Assembly: GCA_949065595.1 (NCBI GenBank)
Contig: CARSXK010000001.1
Coordinates: 28,029 to 92,028, forward strand
Origin: an uncultured Bacilli bacterium
GTDB taxonomy: Bacteria > Bacillota_I > Bacilli_A > RF39 > UBA660
Length of the DNA: 64,000 bases
Direction of reading: 5' to 3'
Part shown: positions 61,938 through 64,000 of the stretch, in pieces
Layout: each line of letters opens with the position of its first letter
Position numbering within the stretch: the first letter of the stretch is position 1
Translations under genes and position numbers: made by a program
Notes under the pieces: model-generated
The model's input: the letters and a program-made list of their open reading frames with translations, nothing else
Told to the model about the DNA's origin: nothing
The model's database searches: none

Positions 61938-62808
61938 AAAAAGAGCATTAGGGCGTGGGCTAGAACAATTATTTAACAATGAAAATTTAGATGTAGATAC
62001 CATTGAACGTACGATATATGAAACCGCAACCAATGAAGAAATTGTGGAGTTGAATATTGATGATTTGCGTGCCAATCCTTATCAGCCGCGTAAGGTATTT
62101 GATGAAGTAGCATTGAAAGAACTTGCTGTTTCGATCAAAGAACATGGTGTATTTCAACCAATTATTGTGAAAAAAAGCATTAAAGGATATGAAATCATTG
62201 CGGGAGAACGTCGCGTGCGTGCAAGTAAACTTGCTGGATTAGAAAAAGTACCAGCTATCATACGTAGTTTTTCTGATGAGCAGATGATGGAAATTGCTTT
62301 GCTTGAGAACTTGCAACGCGAGAATTTAAGTGCAATTGAAGAGGCTCATGCATACAAATTGATGATTGAGAAGTTAGAACTTACTCAAGAAGAACTTTCT
62401 TTGAAAGTTGGAAAAAGTAGAAGTCATATTACTAATATGATAGGATTGCTTCGTCTTCCTAAAGATATTCAAGATATGGTAAATGATTCTAAACTTACTA
62501 TGGGTCATGCTCGTGTGTTAAGTAAATTCAATGATGAAAAACAAATGCGTGAAATGGCAGATAAAATCGTGAATGAAAAATTCTCGGTTCGTGAAATTGA
62601 ATCATTGACGGATTCTAATGAATTTGAAAGAAATGTTAAAATTCAGAAAAGAAAGCAACCAGAAGCCAAAGAATTTAAGTATGTGGAAGATTTATTAAGT
62701 GAGAAACTAGATGCAAAAGTCAAAATTCGTGATAAAAAAATCGAAATCTCTTTTATTTCGGTTGCTGATTTGAATCGTATTTTAGAAATTATTGACATCA
62801 AAGAATAA
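61927..62808 (+). CDS. spo0J: chromosome partitioning protein ParB/Spo0J
   Basis: KRALGRGL N-terminus, GERRVRA CTP motif, Spo0J-type HTH KSRSHITNMIGLLRL. Overlaps the soj end by 11 nt. Confidence 0.93.
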   Translation: METKKRALGRGLEQLFNNENLDVDTIERTIYETATNEEIVELNIDDLRANPYQPRKVFDEVALKELAVSIKEHGVFQPIIVKKSIKGYEIIAGERRVRASKLAGLEKVPAIIRSFSDEQMMEIALLENLQRENLSAIEEAHAYKLMIEKLELTQEELSLKVGKSRSHITNMIGLLRLPKDIQDMVNDSKLTMGHARVLSKFNDEKQMREMADKIVNEKFSVREIESLTDSNEFERNVKIQKRKQPEAKEFKYVEDLLSEKLDAKVKIRDKKIEISFISVADLNRILEIIDIKE

Positions 62809-62824
62809 ACAAGGGGGCCAATTG

Positions 62825-63007
62825 ATGCAAGATTATAAATTGGGTAGTATTGTAATTATGAAAAAACCGCATCCATGTGGAACCAATGAATGGGAAATCA
62901 TTCGCGTAGGTGCAGATATCAAAATTAAATGTGTAAAATGTGGGAGAAGCGTGATGATTCCACGAATAGAATTCAACAAAAAGTTGAAAAAGGTAACTAC
63001 CTATTAG
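62825..63007 (+). CDS. DUF951 family protein
   Basis: 60 aa with MKKPHPCGTNEWEIIRVGADIKIKCVKCGRSVM, typical of DUF951. ATG at 62825 after AAGGGGG. Confidence 0.8.
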   Translation: MQDYKLGSIVIMKKPHPCGTNEWEIIRVGADIKIKCVKCGRSVMIPRIEFNKKLKKVTTY

Positions 63008-63015
63008 GAGGTATT

Positions 63016-64000
63016 ATGGCTAGAAATAAAGAAAAAAAAGATCGAAAAAAAGGCCCTGTTCTTGTCATTGGATTAATGACACTTGTGATTGTATTGTTAA
63101 GTTTCCTATTTTCGACTCTAGAAATTGAAGGATCGCAAACGACAATTGCCAATGGTACTTTGGAATCTTCTTTGGTAACAGTTAAAAATGTATTGAGTGT
63201 TGATGGTTTTCGCTTTATGATTGGAAATGCTGTTTCTAATTTTAAATTATTAGAACCTCTTGTTTATTTAATCATTTCTTTGATTGGAATTGGTATTTGT
63301 GAAAAAAGTGGTTTTTTAAAAGTTTTATTTGGGCCACTTCGTAAAGTGAAATTAAATCTTGTGATTTATATTACTATTTTAATGGGAATGATTAGTACAG
63401 TCATGGGGGATTATAGTTATATCTTTTTAACTCCATTGATTGGTGTTATGTATAAATATATTGGAAAAAATCCAGTGTTAGGAATTTTGACTTTATATTT
63501 AGGAATTACTTTAGGATATGGAACAGGCATAATTTTTAATTATAATGACCATTTGATTGGGATGTTATCACAAGATTCTGCACAATTAACAGTGGATCCC
63601 AATTATAAATATAGCTTATTTTCTAATTTGTATATTATGATTATTTCGACCATTGTGGTTTCCTTGTTATCTACTTTTGTGATTGACAAATTTTTGGTAC
63701 CAAAATTAGCAGTTCGGCACACAGTGGAAGAAGAGGAACTTAATGTTTCCAAAAAAGCAATGGTAGCTTCTTTGGGATTTGGACTTTGTTACATTGTGTT
63801 TATTATTTACATGATTTTACCATTGAAGTCACCTTTATCTGGAATTTTGTTGGATCATAGTGCACAACGATATATGGATCAATTATTGGGAACAAATTCC
63901 CCTTTTGGAAATGGGTTAGTTCTTATTATTACCTTTTTATTTATAATATTTGGATATATATATGGAAAGGTATCTGGAAATATTAAAAACGGTAGTGAAT
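63016..64000 (+). CDS. AbgT-family transporter, N-terminal part (runs off the right edge)
   Basis: ATG at 63016 after AGGAGG. The block VDGFRFMIGNAVSNFKLLEPLVYLIISLIGIGICEKSGF matches the conserved AbgT N-terminal region. Multiple TM helices, open to the window end. Confidence 0.75.
   Translation, partial: MARNKEKKDRKKGPVLVIGLMTLVIVLLSFLFSTLEIEGSQTTIANGTLESSLVTVKNVLSVDGFRFMIGNAVSNFKLLEPLVYLIISLIGIGICEKSGFLKVLFGPLRKVKLNLVIYITILMGMISTVMGDYSYIFLTPLIGVMYKYIGKNPVLGILTLYLGITLGYGTGIIFNYNDHLIGMLSQDSAQLTVDPNYKYSLFSNLYIMIISTIVVSLLSTFVIDKFLVPKLAVRHTVEEEELNVSKKAMVASLGFGLCYIVFIIYMILPLKSPLSGILLDHSAQRYMDQLLGTNSPFGNGLVLIITFLFIIFGYIYGKVSGNIKNGSE

Overview
AT-rich, low-GC Firmicutes chromosome centred on the replication origin. 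The left half is almost entirely minus-strand: partial membrane protein, dnaB, rplI, a DHH phosphoesterase, whiA, yvcK, trxB, lgt, uvrB, noc, rsmG, mnmG, mnmE, jag, yidC, rnpA, rpmH. DnaA-box clusters flank dnaA on both sides. The right half is almost entirely plus-strand: dnaA, dnaN, comK-like, recF, gyrB, gyrA, ffs, tadA, dnaX, ybaB, recR, bofA, holB, ricT, rsmI, pth, mfd, spoVT, metG, tatD, rsmA, ung, tilS, ftsH, soj, spo0J, partial abgT. spoVT, bofA and ricT point to an endospore-former; an Erysipelotrichales or Clostridia-like organism is a guess and cannot be settled here. TGA is used as a stop codon, so this is the standard code. No rRNA, tRNA or CRISPR was seen. Most of the window is conserved housekeeping. 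The non-routine content is: (1) five parS sites packed into two paralogous intergenic modules around ffs-tadA; (2) a Noc-type ParB paralogue with a ~300-aa low-complexity insertion, plus a perfect Noc-binding site inside rsmI; (3) a decayed IS1182-type element inserted into, and duplicating, the terminator between an orphan ORF and mnmE, carrying a nested cassette driven by a perfect consensus promoter, with a solo IS end at 7.2 kb; (4) small accessory islets: a YdjI/YdjG-like SPFH plus zinc-ribbon module, an rmlB pseudogene with an FkbM methyltransferase, an orphan 234-aa ORF, and a 207-aa ORF with an XRE gene; (5) a ComK homologue sitting between dnaN and recF. No complete, clearly new multi-gene system (for example a defence system) can be supported. 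The candidates are listed with their caveats.
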